DNA from: a virus
Virus record (IMG/VR): IMGVR_UViG_3300033146_003395
Coordinates: 1 to 64,000 of that record
Strand: one strand, 5' to 3'
Length of the DNA: 64,000 nucleotides
The number at the start of each line of letters is the position of its first letter. The first letter of the stretch is position 1. Both the position numbers and the translations under genes were made by a program. This document shows positions 27,851 through 37,656 of this stretch, one piece after another. The notes under the pieces are model-generated. The model ran no database searches and was not told the DNA's origin. It saw only the letters and a program-made list of their open reading frames with translations.

Positions 27851-28162
27851 ATGTCAAAAGTAGATTTAGTAAAAGCTGCTCAAAGTAGAAGCTATATAGA
27901 ATTTGAAGATTTAGCTCTTCAAGCACTTAAAGAAAAAGTTCAAGAGAACCCAATTATGACTCAATATTTAGATAAATTAAATATTGCTTCAGGTATAGTT
28001 AATGAAGAAGGTGTTTCTAAAGAAGACTTAGCAAAAGAGTACGGAGTTTCTGTAAAAGAAGTTTCTGATGCTTGGAGTAAAGCTGCTGGTATGGCTAAAG
28101 CCGCTGGAAAAGGTTCTAACTTTGGTTATATTGTTTCTATCGTTAGAGGTATGCTTAAATAA
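27851..28162 (+). CDS. late protein, paralog of 23462-23701
   Basis: VDLVKAAQSRSYIEFEDLALQALKEKVQENPIM. Late promoter upstream. Confidence 0.65.
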   Translation: MSKVDLVKAAQSRSYIEFEDLALQALKEKVQENPIMTQYLDKLNIASGIVNEEGVSKEDLAKEYGVSVKEVSDAWSKAAGMAKAAGKGSNFGYIVSIVRGMLK

Positions 28163-28503
28163 ATCTCTATACATACAAAATAAAAGAAATTACTAAAATC
28201 TATGATGGTGACACAGTTACTGCAATTATAGATTTAGGTATGAAAATGTATATTGAAAAATCTATTCGTTTATATGGAATAGACACACCAGAAATTCGCG
28301 GTGAAGAAATACCTGAAGGTTTAATTTCACGCGACTGGCTTAGGGAAAAATTAAATAATGCTACTGAGATTTATGTTTCAACACATAAAGATAAGAGTGG
28401 TAAATATGGTAGATTATTAGGAACTTTATTTATTGATAAAGAAATAATTTCTATTAATAATCAATTAGTTCAAGAAGGTTTAGCAGTTTTTAAAACTTAC
28501 TAA
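28159..28503 (+). CDS. thermonuclease (SNase-like)
   Basis: IRLYGIDTPE, GKYGRLLG, NNQLVQEGLA. The in-frame upstream segment holds IYDGDTV, implying a start at ATA 28159 rather than ATG 28240. Confidence 0.8.
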   Translation: MNLYTYKIKEITKIYDGDTVTAIIDLGMKMYIEKSIRLYGIDTPEIRGEEIPEGLISRDWLREKLNNATEIYVSTHKDKSGKYGRLLGTLFIDKEIISINNQLVQEGLAVFKTY

Positions 28504-28507
28504 CTTA

Positions 28508-28819
28508 CTAATCTGTTGAATTATTTTCTAAACTCTTCAATAAACTGTAATTTTCTTCAGCCCAAGTTTTATATTGTAACCAATTATTCTTTAAAATAGT
28601 TCCATCTATTCTTGGAATAGCGTAATAATCTTCTCCATTAAAATTAACCATAATAGTTGTATAAGGAACAAACTTCGGTTTGTCTTGTATTGTAGGCAAT
28701 ATACGATTTATATAAACTGTATTTGTAATAATTTCTGGTTCTATCGGCTCTGGGCAATCTGTACAACCCGTAAAACTAATTACCAATATTGCTGATAATA
28801 TTAAAAGTACTGTCTTCAT
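28508..28819 (-). CDS. o-spanin (lipoprotein)
   Basis: Signal peptide with lipobox FTGC, Pro-rich, overlaps the i-spanin. Confidence 0.7.
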   Translation of the reverse strand: MKTVLLILSAILVISFTGCTDCPEPIEPEIITNTVYINRILPTIQDKPKFVPYTTIMVNFNGEDYYAIPRIDGTILKNNWLQYKTWAEENYSLLKSLENNSTD

Positions 28820-29213
28820 CTTCTACCTTTGTTTTGATTTTTACTTTACACTCTTTATACACAATTGTTTCAGGATACTGTACAGGTTTTTTAAGCTCTT
28901 TAATATCATTTCTTAATGTTAGTATTAATTTATCTTTTAATACTAAACTCTTATTATAAAAACCTTTAAGCACTATTGAATCTCTCTTCATGTCTTTGAT
29001 AACATAGTTATTACTATTATTAACATGTTTACATGCTCTAACATTTAAATTTAATGTATTATTATTATTTCTTAATAGTAATATAATTGAATCTTTTTTA
29101 TTAATAGTAGACTCTAAACTCAAAATATTTGTAAATTGGTATAATATATATCCAATTAAAAATATAATACCTAGAACCTTAGGGTCTTTTAATAAATTTA
29201 ATATAACACTCAT
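28776..29213 (-). CDS. i-spanin
   Basis: N-terminal TM plus coiled coil, in lysis cassette. Confidence 0.65.
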   Translation of the reverse strand: MSVILNLLKDPKVLGIIFLIGYILYQFTNILSLESTINKKDSIILLLRNNNNTLNLNVRACKHVNNSNNYVIKDMKRDSIVLKGFYNKSLVLKDKLILTLRNDIKELKKPVQYPETIVYKECKVKIKTKVEDEDSTFNIISNIGN

Positions 29214-29425
29214 TTGTCATCTGCTCCTTGTGAAGGTTTGCTAAATAAATTAGCACCTATAATACCAGCCATAGATGTAAAAAATGTTCCAGCTATCATT
29301 GCTAAATCTATTACACTTTTATCTACAGCAACTAAACCCATTAATCCAAACATTACTGCAATCATTGCAAATAATGCTAACCAAACGAGTTTTTTACGTT
29401 GCTCTTCTTTTTGAGATTTAGTCAT
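29210..29425 (-). CDS. holin (2 TM)
   Basis: 71 aa, two TM helices, between endolysin and spanins. Confidence 0.65.
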   Translation of the reverse strand: MTKSQKEEQRKKLVWLALFAMIAVMFGLMGLVAVDKSVIDLAMIAGTFFTSMAGIIGANLFSKPSQGADDK

Positions 29426-29433
29426 CTTATTCC

Positions 29434-29841
29434 TTATGAGTAAAAACTAAGTAAAGTATCTGAGTTCCTAACATCTATATGTAACCAGCTAATTCCTAGT
29501 TCAATTCCTTTGATATATGGAAATTCTTCCGGGTTATCTAAAATATATTGTCTAACTTCTTCAACATTGTACTTACTAAAAATTGCATCTATGGCATTTC
29601 CTAATGAATGCTGAGATGTAGAAGAATAATATTGGCTAGTAGGTGTTCTTAAACCGGAATCTACTCGTGAGCCATTCCATTTCCAAGTATTAATACTCAT
29701 TGAGCCATCTGGAAATTTTTCTTTAATTGTATCTATTGTTTTAAGTAATAGTGGATTAATTAACTGCCATGCTCTCTGCCCGCGTTTATTAAAAATATCT
29801 TCGGGTACTAATTCTTCTATAATAAAATGTTTAGATTTCAT
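29434..29841 (-). CDS. endolysin, peptidase M15 family
   Basis: SGLR..SQHSLGNAID..WLHIDVR Zn-peptidase motifs. Late promoter upstream. Confidence 0.85.
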   Translation of the reverse strand: MKSKHFIIEELVPEDIFNKRGQRAWQLINPLLLKTIDTIKEKFPDGSMSINTWKWNGSRVDSGLRTPTSQYYSSTSQHSLGNAIDAIFSKYNVEEVRQYILDNPEEFPYIKGIELGISWLHIDVRNSDTLLSFYS

Positions 29842-29864
29842 AATTTTCCTTTAATTATTTATAA

Positions 29865-29918
29865 ATTTAAGCTCGGTTTAATATTAAACATGTTATAATA
29901 TAGTATATAAAGAAGGAT
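29865..29918 (+). promoter_or_regulatory. early promoter repeat
   Basis: TTTAAGCTCGGTTTAATATTAAACATGTTATAATATAGTATATAAAGAAGGAT. Confidence 0.8.
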
Positions 29919-29923
29919 ATTAC

Positions 29924-30337
29924 ATGGATGATTATAAAGATACTATGACTGAATTTGAATTGTTAACTGAAGTGCAAAAGAACTATAAAAGTTTTCTTGA
30001 TATTGATAAAGCCTTAGCTATTTTTGAACTTGAGAACGGCTATAGACCTGATATTATTATAGAAGACCCAAATGATTTTGAAAATGGTTTAGTTGTTCAA
30101 GAAACAATTGATAAAATTAATGAAATTAATGGTAATGATTTTTGTACAGTAGAAGCAATGGTTTATATGAAAAAACTGGAAAAACTGCAAGAAAGTGGTG
30201 AATGTAATATGATCGCTGGTGATGTGAGAGCACGTATACAAAGTTATTTATTAGTCGATTATATTGAGGCATCGGTTATTCACCATGCTTATATTGAACA
30301 TTATTCTGAACTATATCGCCCAGAGACTACAATATGA
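29924..30337 (+). CDS. hypothetical early protein (ends YRPETTI)
   Basis: RBS. Weak tag variant. Confidence 0.65.
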   Translation: MDDYKDTMTEFELLTEVQKNYKSFLDIDKALAIFELENGYRPDIIIEDPNDFENGLVVQETIDKINEINGNDFCTVEAMVYMKKLEKLQESGECNMIAGDVRARIQSYLLVDYIEASVIHHAYIEHYSELYRPETTI

Positions 30338-30582
30338 TTTTTGAATTTACAAATTTACAAACATACAGGGTAGAAAATAATTTATATGAATTATTAATTA
30401 TTCCGCCAAATCATAATATCGTTGCTATGATGAGTAAAAATGAATTTACAATTACCGTAAGTGTTAATAATTTTAATTACTTGGGAGTTTTCCCTGATGC
30501 ACAACGAGCACAAGAAAATTTTAAAAGATTATCTATAGCTTTATGTTATAATGAAGAAGACCACCCAGAAAGATTTGTATGA
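30334..30582 (+). CDS. small protein, PERFV tag
   Basis: Ends EDHPERFV. Confidence 0.7.
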   Translation: MIFEFTNLQTYRVENNLYELLIIPPNHNIVAMMSKNEFTITVSVNNFNYLGVFPDAQRAQENFKRLSIALCYNEEDHPERFV

Positions 30583-30749
30583 TAATTGATGAAATGAAAT
30601 TCCTTACTTTTTTACAAGGATTAACTGAACAACAATTAAAAACGGCAATTAATTTAGTTAAAAGAGATTTGTATGTATTTAATAATGTACAAAGTGACAT
30701 AGAAAAAATGGAAATAATTGCAGAATTTTTTCCGGAGTATTTGGTTTAA
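30579..30749 (+). CDS. 56-aa protein, PEYLV tag (not in track)
   Basis: MIIDEMKFLTFLQGLTEQQ...AEFFPEYLV. ATGA-coupled. Confidence 0.7.
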   Translation: MIIDEMKFLTFLQGLTEQQLKTAINLVKRDLYVFNNVQSDIEKMEIIAEFFPEYLV

Positions 30750-30793
30750 TATAAATTTAATATTAAGATGATATAATAAGTAAAAGGATAAGA

Positions 30794-32668
30794 ATGTCAT
30801 TAAAGAAATTACAACCCGAAACAATTTATGAAGAAACCCAACGTGAGGCTATTGTAAACAGACCGCACAATCTTGCTGGTTCAGTGAAGAGAATGAAAAA
30901 AGAGCGTTTTACTATTTCAAAAGACGAGATTAAATTACAAGAAACAAATACAATCCCAGCATTACTTAAACTGTTTATGGAAGCATTAGATAATCCTATC
31001 GATGTTGCTATCAAAGGTGGTTGTAATCTTATTCAAGTTAATGTAGATGCTAAATCTATTAGAATTCGTGATAATGGTTATGGTATTTCATCAGCGATAG
31101 GAGCAAATGGTGAATATGTTTTATATAAAGCAATGTGTAAATATAACACATCTGCAAATTATGCTAAAGATGTAAAAGGTCAAGGGCAAAAAGGTGTAAA
31201 TGGTATTGGTATTAAACTTTGTACGACACTAAGTTCTTACTTTAAAGTTATTTCAGATGATGGAGTAAAACAAGTAACTGTTATTGCAAAAGATAATAAC
31301 TTCGTTCACGAAGTTGATGAAGCAAAAACAACAGGTCAAACTGGAGTTGAAATTAAATTCAAACCAGATTTTAACTTATTTGATACTAATGAAATTGATG
31401 AAGAGCATTTAGATAGAATGTATGAATATACATTAATCCAAGCATTGACATATCCTGATATTACTTTTAAATTCAATAATAGAGTTATTAAATATACACC
31501 AAAGAAATTTCTAGATTTATTTAAAACTGATTATATTTCTGATAATCAAGATGACTATTTTATTAGTATCATGCCAAATGCAATGGATGATTTTAGACAA
31601 GTATCATTTATTAATGGGCTAGAGACATACAAGGGTGGTTCTCATATCGATTTTGTTATGGATAAAATCGTTGCTGGAATTAGAACTAAACTTATTAGAA
31701 AGCACAAAGGTATTAAACCAGGTGATATTAGGAATAAGTTACAGTTAGTTCTAATCGGGAAGGGTATGAAAAATATTGACTGGGAAGGTCAAACTAAATC
31801 TGAAATGTCAACACCTAATTCTATATTAGCCGATTATTTTAAGAATACAGATTTTGATAAGTTCATTGCTCGTATTTTAAAGAACCCAGATATTATCGAC
31901 CCAATTACTGAGATTTTTAAACTTAAAGAAGAAGCTAAGAAAAACTTAGAGCTTAAAAAGTTAGATAGAAAAGGTAAAAAGAAACCTAAATCAGAAAAAT
32001 TTATGCCTCCAATTGGAGCATGGAAAAATTGTTTTGTTTGTGAGGGAGACTCTGCAGCAAACTCTGTTTCTAAAATTTTAGGTAGACAAGGTAATGGATT
32101 TTATGCAATGTTTGGTGTTCCACCAAACGCTTATGATATGGCAATGAAAGATATTATTAAATCTAAAAAAATGTTAGACTTAAAAGACATTCTAGGTTTA
32201 AAATTTTCTGAAACTGTTCAAAATGAAATTAATTTTGATAATATTGTTATCACAACCGATTTCGATTTACCTGGACATTTTATTACTGGTCAACTTATTG
32301 GACTATTATATAAATTTGGTAAGAATTTATTTGAAGAAGGTAGAGTACGTAGATTTATTACTCCTCTTTTAATAGCTACAGATAAAAAGGAGAAGATTGT
32401 AGAATGGTTTTATAGTTTCGATGATTATAAAGAATTTGAAAAGAAAAATAAATCTAAAAATTATAATTATGACTATAAAAAAGGGTTAGGTAGTTTTGAC
32501 CCAGAAGAACTAGAGGTAGTTATTGCAAAAGATGGCCTAGAAAATATGATGGAAATATTCACATTGGATAATATAGCACCTAAGACAATAGATAATTGGC
32601 TAGGCGGGGATTCAACACCAAGAAAAGAATATTTGGCAGATTATAAGTTTGATATTATGAGTATGTAG
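30794..32668 (+). CDS. DNA topoisomerase II large subunit (gp39+gp60 fused)
   Basis: EALDNPID, DNGYG, GVNGIG GHKL motifs. EGDSA, TDFDLPG, YKKGLG TOPRIM motifs. Confidence 0.95.
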   Translation: MSLKKLQPETIYEETQREAIVNRPHNLAGSVKRMKKERFTISKDEIKLQETNTIPALLKLFMEALDNPIDVAIKGGCNLIQVNVDAKSIRIRDNGYGISSAIGANGEYVLYKAMCKYNTSANYAKDVKGQGQKGVNGIGIKLCTTLSSYFKVISDDGVKQVTVIAKDNNFVHEVDEAKTTGQTGVEIKFKPDFNLFDTNEIDEEHLDRMYEYTLIQALTYPDITFKFNNRVIKYTPKKFLDLFKTDYISDNQDDYFISIMPNAMDDFRQVSFINGLETYKGGSHIDFVMDKIVAGIRTKLIRKHKGIKPGDIRNKLQLVLIGKGMKNIDWEGQTKSEMSTPNSILADYFKNTDFDKFIARILKNPDIIDPITEIFKLKEEAKKNLELKKLDRKGKKKPKSEKFMPPIGAWKNCFVCEGDSAANSVSKILGRQGNGFYAMFGVPPNAYDMAMKDIIKSKKMLDLKDILGLKFSETVQNEINFDNIVITTDFDLPGHFITGQLIGLLYKFGKNLFEEGRVRRFITPLLIATDKKEKIVEWFYSFDDYKEFEKKNKSKNYNYDYKKGLGSFDPEELEVVIAKDGLENMMEIFTLDNIAPKTIDNWLGGDSTPRKEYLADYKFDIMSM

Positions 32669-32711
32669 GTCTGGGTTGTTGGGAATTATAAATAATGAAA
32701 AGGATAAAATA

Positions 32712-33377
32712 ATGAAATCCAATATTTATAAAGTAACATCTAAAACCTCTGGTAAATCTTATATAGGTAAAACTATCAAATCAATATTAAAAAGATTTGA
32801 TGAACATGTATGGCATAGTTTAAATGAAAATTGCTTGAAGACACATTTTCATAATGCTATAAAAAAATATGGTAAAGGTGACTTTATTATTGAATTATTA
32901 GAATGTGCAGAGAATACTTTAGCAAGTGAGAGGGAAATATATTGGATAGATTACTTTGATACATTTAATGGCGAAGGCTATAATATGACTGTAGGTGGAG
33001 AAGGGTTTGGCATAGGAGAAAATCATCCAATGTATAATTCAGCTAGATTCGGAGAATTAAATCCATTTTTTGGTAAAGAACATTCCGAAGAAGCTAAGAA
33101 AAAAATTTCAGATGAAGCTAAAGGTTTAGTAGTAGCAAGAAATAAGGTTACAGGGGAAGTTACTAAAATATTAAAAGAAGAATTTGATTTAAATAATAAT
33201 TTGGTAGGTATTACTAATGGAATTAAATTACCAAAATCTCACAGAGATAATATATCTAAAAGCACCATAGGTAAGAGTAAACCAAGAGTTATATGCGATT
33301 TATGTGGATTAAGTATAGATACTAGTAATTTAAAAAGACACAAAAACGGTAAAAATTGTAAAAAGGAAACACAATGA
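32712..33377 (+). CDS. GIY-YIG homing endonuclease between topoisomerase genes
   Basis: NIYKVT..GKSYIGKT..RFDEH, EIYWI..GYNMTVGGEG, NPFFGKEHSEE. TATAAATA 32687-32694. Confidence 0.85.
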   Translation: MKSNIYKVTSKTSGKSYIGKTIKSILKRFDEHVWHSLNENCLKTHFHNAIKKYGKGDFIIELLECAENTLASEREIYWIDYFDTFNGEGYNMTVGGEGFGIGENHPMYNSARFGELNPFFGKEHSEEAKKKISDEAKGLVVARNKVTGEVTKILKEEFDLNNNLVGITNGIKLPKSHRDNISKSTIGKSKPRVICDLCGLSIDTSNLKRHKNGKNCKKETQ

Positions 33378-34708
33378 AAAAAAGAGACGTAACACATTTT
33401 TTTGATAAAGAGTTTACTGACCAAGCAGCTTATATAAACTTTAGTAAAATCTCATCAATTATGGGATATAAAGTTACAGCTAATAAAGTATTAAATACAA
33501 TACTATCTGAGAATATTACTAAGTGGCAAAAAGTAGAAGTTATTTCGAGCCTAACAGCTCTTAAAACTTTATATCTAGGTGGTTCATCTAATATTGATGG
33601 AGTTATTGTAAATAATTCTACTACTTATGTTGGAGCTAATAATATTTCTGTTATTGATACTAAGGGTGACTTTGGTGGTAGACTGGATAATTTAGCGGCC
33701 GCATCAAGATATATTTTCGCTCGTAAAGGTGAAGATTTCGATAAATATTTTAATAAAGAAGATTTGAATGTTCTAGAACGTTACAATTTTGAAGGTCAAG
33801 ACATTGAGTATCAATTCTTAACTTTTAATATTCCAATTATTCTATGTAATGGTGGGAAAGGTTTAGGTTCTGGCCACTCATTTAATATTTTTCCTCGTAA
33901 CCCAGACGAGATTACTAAGTATCTTAAATATAATTTAGAAGGTAAAAACAAATCCAATAAACCATTTAAGAATAAACCATACTATAAAGGTTGGACTGGT
34001 GATATTTCTGCAGGTGAAGAAGAAAACCAATGGGTGATTGCTGGAAAATTTACTAGAAAAACTAAAGCATTAATTGAAATTACTGAAGTGCCTATTGGTG
34101 AAAGTTATAAATCTTATATTAAGAAACTAGATAAACTTGTAGAAGCTGGTACTATTAAAGACTACGAAGATTTATGTGATACTAAGGCTGATACATTTCT
34201 TTTTAAAGTTAGAACTGATATTGCATTTTCTAAGAGAACTGATGAAAATATTATGAAGACACTGAAGCTTATCACTACAGATAAAGAAAACTTTACACTG
34301 AATGATGAGAATAATGCTATCCGTGTTTATAAAGATGCTAATGAGGTTTTCTGGCACTATTATGAAATTAAAATGAAATATTTACAGAAACGTAAAGATT
34401 ATTTAATTAAGAAAATCACTCAAGATATTCATATTGATGCAAGTAAATATTTATTCATTAAAATGATTGTTGATGAGAAACTAGTTATTAATAAACGTAA
34501 AAAAGATGCAATTGTTAAAGACCTTGATAAAGTAGAAAAAATATTAAAGCAAGAAGACAGTTATAATTATCTTCTGAATATGAATATTTTATCTTTAACT
34601 AAAGAACGTTTAGAGAAATTAATGCAAGATATTAAAGCCAAAAAAGCTAAACTTGATTTAGTAAAATCTCAAACATTAGAAGCGATGTGGCTTGAGGATC
34701 TATCATGA
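33374..34708 (+). CDS. DNA topoisomerase II medium subunit gp52
   Basis: GDFGGR..AAASRYIF (catalytic Tyr), IEITEVPIG. Confidence 0.92.
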   Translation: MKKRDVTHFFDKEFTDQAAYINFSKISSIMGYKVTANKVLNTILSENITKWQKVEVISSLTALKTLYLGGSSNIDGVIVNNSTTYVGANNISVIDTKGDFGGRLDNLAAASRYIFARKGEDFDKYFNKEDLNVLERYNFEGQDIEYQFLTFNIPIILCNGGKGLGSGHSFNIFPRNPDEITKYLKYNLEGKNKSNKPFKNKPYYKGWTGDISAGEEENQWVIAGKFTRKTKALIEITEVPIGESYKSYIKKLDKLVEAGTIKDYEDLCDTKADTFLFKVRTDIAFSKRTDENIMKTLKLITTDKENFTLNDENNAIRVYKDANEVFWHYYEIKMKYLQKRKDYLIKKITQDIHIDASKYLFIKMIVDEKLVINKRKKDAIVKDLDKVEKILKQEDSYNYLLNMNILSLTKERLEKLMQDIKAKKAKLDLVKSQTLEAMWLEDLS

Positions 34709-34908
34709 CATTAATTTTGAAAGATAAACCTATGACACTCAATGAGTTTAATAAAGTTGAGCGAAATGTAAGCCGTAAGCTTACAAATTGGCCTGAAGTA
34801 ATGTTTAATTCTTGGTATTATAAGGGCACAGTCCATTTTAAAATATCAGAAAAACATATAGAGATTTTAAGTTTAGAACTTTATATGGTAGGAGATTTAA
34901 ATGAGTAA
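34705..34908 (+). CDS. hypothetical protein
   Basis: ATGA-coupled to gp52. Confidence 0.55.
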   Translation: MTLILKDKPMTLNEFNKVERNVSRKLTNWPEVMFNSWYYKGTVHFKISEKHIEILSLELYMVGDLNE

Positions 34909-35323
34909 ACTTTATGCAAACCCATTTAAGTTGCAAAACCCATTTGAACCCAATAATCCATATCCAGGTTATAATCAAAGAGATAATGCAGTTGGTACTA
35001 AAAAAGTACAAGTTGAAATGAGATTTAGTGACGTTGTTATGAGTGAGTTGCCGGAAGAAATCAAAGATGAAAAAATTAGAAGACAACTGATTGATAACTT
35101 AGTTCAAGAACTTTATAAAAGTGAATTTATAGAATTTAAGAAACAGAAACGACCTCAAGATTTTGGATTAGAAACTGATTATGCAGTATCTGTAAATGTT
35201 GCTGATAAACAATTTACTAATACAATAGTATCTGAAAATTATTTTTTCTGGAAAGGCCGTGAATGGTCAGAAGCAGAAATTATTGAAGGACTTAAACAAG
35301 CCAACCCCCAATATATAGTTTAA
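34901..35323 (+). CDS. hypothetical protein, PQYIV tag
   Basis: GGAG RBS. Ends QANPQYIV. Confidence 0.65.
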   Translation: MSKLYANPFKLQNPFEPNNPYPGYNQRDNAVGTKKVQVEMRFSDVVMSELPEEIKDEKIRRQLIDNLVQELYKSEFIEFKKQKRPQDFGLETDYAVSVNVADKQFTNTIVSENYFFWKGREWSEAEIIEGLKQANPQYIV

Positions 35324-35344
35324 TATTAGTGTAATTCTTTTCAA

Positions 35345-35396
35345 ATTTAAGCTCCGTTTAATGTTAAACATGGTATAATATAGTATATAAGAAGGA
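35345..35396 (+). promoter_or_regulatory. early promoter repeat
   Basis: TTTAAGCTCCGTTTAATGTTAAACATGGTATAATATAGTATATAAGAAGGAT. Confidence 0.8.
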
Positions 35397-35402
35397 TTGA
35401 AA

Positions 35403-35600
35403 ATGACAAAAACTAAAATTGAAGAAAAAATCGTTAAATATACAACAATGTTGAAACATAATCAAGAAATTTTTGATGGTTATGCCCCTTTCGATGATAC
35501 CAAATGTAATGAAAGAACAGCAGCATTAACAACTGTTCGCTTATGTGAAAATCTTTTAGAAGAACTAGAAGAATTACATTTAGAGCATGATTATGTTTAA
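35403..35600 (+). CDS. hypothetical early protein
   Basis: ATG 35403 after AAGGA. Confidence 0.6.
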   Translation: MTKTKIEEKIVKYTTMLKHNQEIFDGYAPFDDTKCNERTAALTTVRLCENLLEELEELHLEHDYV

Positions 35601-36213
35601 GAGTATTTGGAATAGACTTAAAGGAGATTTTAGCGAAGAGCATGATAACACTTTACCAGAAATAAAATCTAGACCTCCAATGCCTAAAAATGTAAAAGCA
35701 CCTAAGATTAAAGTTAATATTATTCCGGTTTTTAACCCAACCCAAGCTAATATTGACAAATATTCTAAGGGTGCTAGTTATTCATATACAGATGAGCATA
35801 AAGAGCAAGTAGATGGATTTATTAATATTCTGTTTGAAAATTTTGATACATTAGTTATCGACCATTATAATATTAAATTTAAAGGTACCGCTAAAAAAAG
35901 TGCCGCTCATAAATTTCAGATTGAAACTTGGATTGCAAATGGTGCTTACGCTGTTAAATTCGATTACATTATGAAAAGTGGAAAGACATTTACAACTCGT
36001 GTTAATAGAGAACAAGCTGCTAAAGTAATGTTCTTAAAAGAAAAATTGTTAGATCATAAAGCTAAGAAACTTAAAGATGAACTTAATGCTGAACTTAATA
36101 TCGAGAGTAAATCATTCACAACTATGGTGACATCATCAGGTAAAGAAATTAAAATTACCCAAAAAGATATTATTGATAGTTTAAGAATTACATCACCGGA
36201 ATATTTTGTATAA
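35587..36213 (+). CDS. hypothetical protein, PEYFV tag
   Basis: Ends ITSPEYFV. Confidence 0.7.
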   Translation: MIMFKSIWNRLKGDFSEEHDNTLPEIKSRPPMPKNVKAPKIKVNIIPVFNPTQANIDKYSKGASYSYTDEHKEQVDGFINILFENFDTLVIDHYNIKFKGTAKKSAAHKFQIETWIANGAYAVKFDYIMKSGKTFTTRVNREQAAKVMFLKEKLLDHKAKKLKDELNAELNIESKSFTTMVTSSGKEIKITQKDIIDSLRITSPEYFV

Positions 36214-36443
36214 TGGAATTACTAGAAAACTTAAAGGATTTAAAAGGATTTTTAGGACCTAGATTTAAAGAGTTCATTGATGGAAAATATTATGTTCATC
36301 GTAATAATTTTTGTAATATAATTGGAGCGGAAGGTTGTGATGGTTGTGCTTTTGAACCTGTTTGTGATAGTATAGATGAGCTGGAAGAAAATAAGAAACT
36401 GGTAAATATTTTAAATCAAGAATATCCAGAATATATGGTATAG
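36213..36443 (+). CDS. Cys-containing small protein, PEYMV tag
   Basis: C..CDGC..C. Ends QEYPEYMV. Confidence 0.7.
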   Translation: MELLENLKDLKGFLGPRFKEFIDGKYYVHRNNFCNIIGAEGCDGCAFEPVCDSIDELEENKKLVNILNQEYPEYMV

Positions 36444-36451
36444 GAGAAAAA

Positions 36452-36784
36452 ATGAAAAGATTTGATACATTACAAAATAATATTGTTTATATTGAAGCCT
36501 ATTGGTTTTCTCAAGGTGGAATTGTATTAGCATTTGATACACTAACAAAAGAGCATAAGTGCTATATTGAAGGTGGAAATAATGTAGGAGATTCTATGGA
36601 TAAAGATGTTTTACATATTGCTGGATATGGGAGTTCATTTCCGTTAGAAGCTGCTAAAGGTATTTTTCCAAATTTGGATTTAGATGAGGACTACACAGAA
36701 ACAAATGCAGAGTATTTTATAGTTTTTGCTTTTATAAATATTATGTTATTCAGTTTAACTGGTGTAGCAATACCAATAATATAG
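36452..36784 (+). CDS. hypothetical protein with internal AEYFI tag followed by hydrophobic tail
   Basis: ETNAEYFI-VFAFINIMLFSLTGVAIPII. Confidence 0.6.
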   Translation: MKRFDTLQNNIVYIEAYWFSQGGIVLAFDTLTKEHKCYIEGGNNVGDSMDKDVLHIAGYGSSFPLEAAKGIFPNLDLDEDYTETNAEYFIVFAFINIMLFSLTGVAIPII

Positions 36785-36791
36785 GATTTAT

Positions 36792-37655
36792 ATGAGAATT
36801 AAAACACATGAAGATTATTTGATAAAATTAAAATATAAAAATATAGAAGTTATACCATTAGAAATGTATACAGCTTCTAAGACTGCGATTTTACATAAAT
36901 GTATATGTGGGAATGAGTGGGATGTAAAGCCAAATATAGTATTGAATAATCATAAATGTGGATGTATTACTGGGCGAAAAAACAATACTAATGAATGGTA
37001 TCTAGAAAAGTTAAAAGAAAAAGATATAAAAGTTATACCATTAGAAATATATGAAGGTAGCAGTAATAAAATTCTTCATAAATGTATATGTGGAAATGAG
37101 TGGAGAACATCACCAGATGTAATTTTTTCTGGAAGTCTTTGTGGATGTGTATTAGGCCCAAAAAATAATACAAACATATGGTATCTAGAAAAGTTAAAAG
37201 AAAAAGATATAAAAGTTATACCATTAGAACCTTATATAGATTCTAAGTCTAAAATTTTACATAAGTGTTACTGTAATAATGAATGGTTAGGTAGACCAAT
37301 GGATGTACTAAAAGGAATGGGTTGTGGATGTAAACGTAACTATTCTTTAAGAGGAGCAGAATTTTATAGAGATAAGAAAACAATCTTATATTATATAAAG
37401 ATTAAAGGATTAAATAACGAAGATTTATATAAAATCGGTGTTACTTTATATAAAGATTCAATAGAGAAAAGTCTAAAGAAAAGATTCTATAGACAAGAAT
37501 ATGAGGTTATAGAGACTGATATATTCGAAGATGGAAGTGAAGCTTTCACACTAGAACAGTCAATATTAAAATTTAATAGAGAATACAGATACCTAGGTGA
37601 AAAAGTTTTATCATCAGGTAATACTGAATTATTTATTAAAGATATAAAGGATTAA
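36792..37655 (+). CDS. endonuclease with three HKCxCxNEW/CGC zinc repeats and C-terminal GIY-YIG-like domain
   Basis: ILYYIKI..LYKIGVT..E..IL..GNTELF. Paralog of 54776 and 46496. TATAAATA 36733-36740. Confidence 0.75.
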   Translation: MRIKTHEDYLIKLKYKNIEVIPLEMYTASKTAILHKCICGNEWDVKPNIVLNNHKCGCITGRKNNTNEWYLEKLKEKDIKVIPLEIYEGSSNKILHKCICGNEWRTSPDVIFSGSLCGCVLGPKNNTNIWYLEKLKEKDIKVIPLEPYIDSKSKILHKCYCNNEWLGRPMDVLKGMGCGCKRNYSLRGAEFYRDKKTILYYIKIKGLNNEDLYKIGVTLYKDSIEKSLKKRFYRQEYEVIETDIFEDGSEAFTLEQSILKFNREYRYLGEKVLSSGNTELFIKDIKD

Positions 37656-37656
37656 A

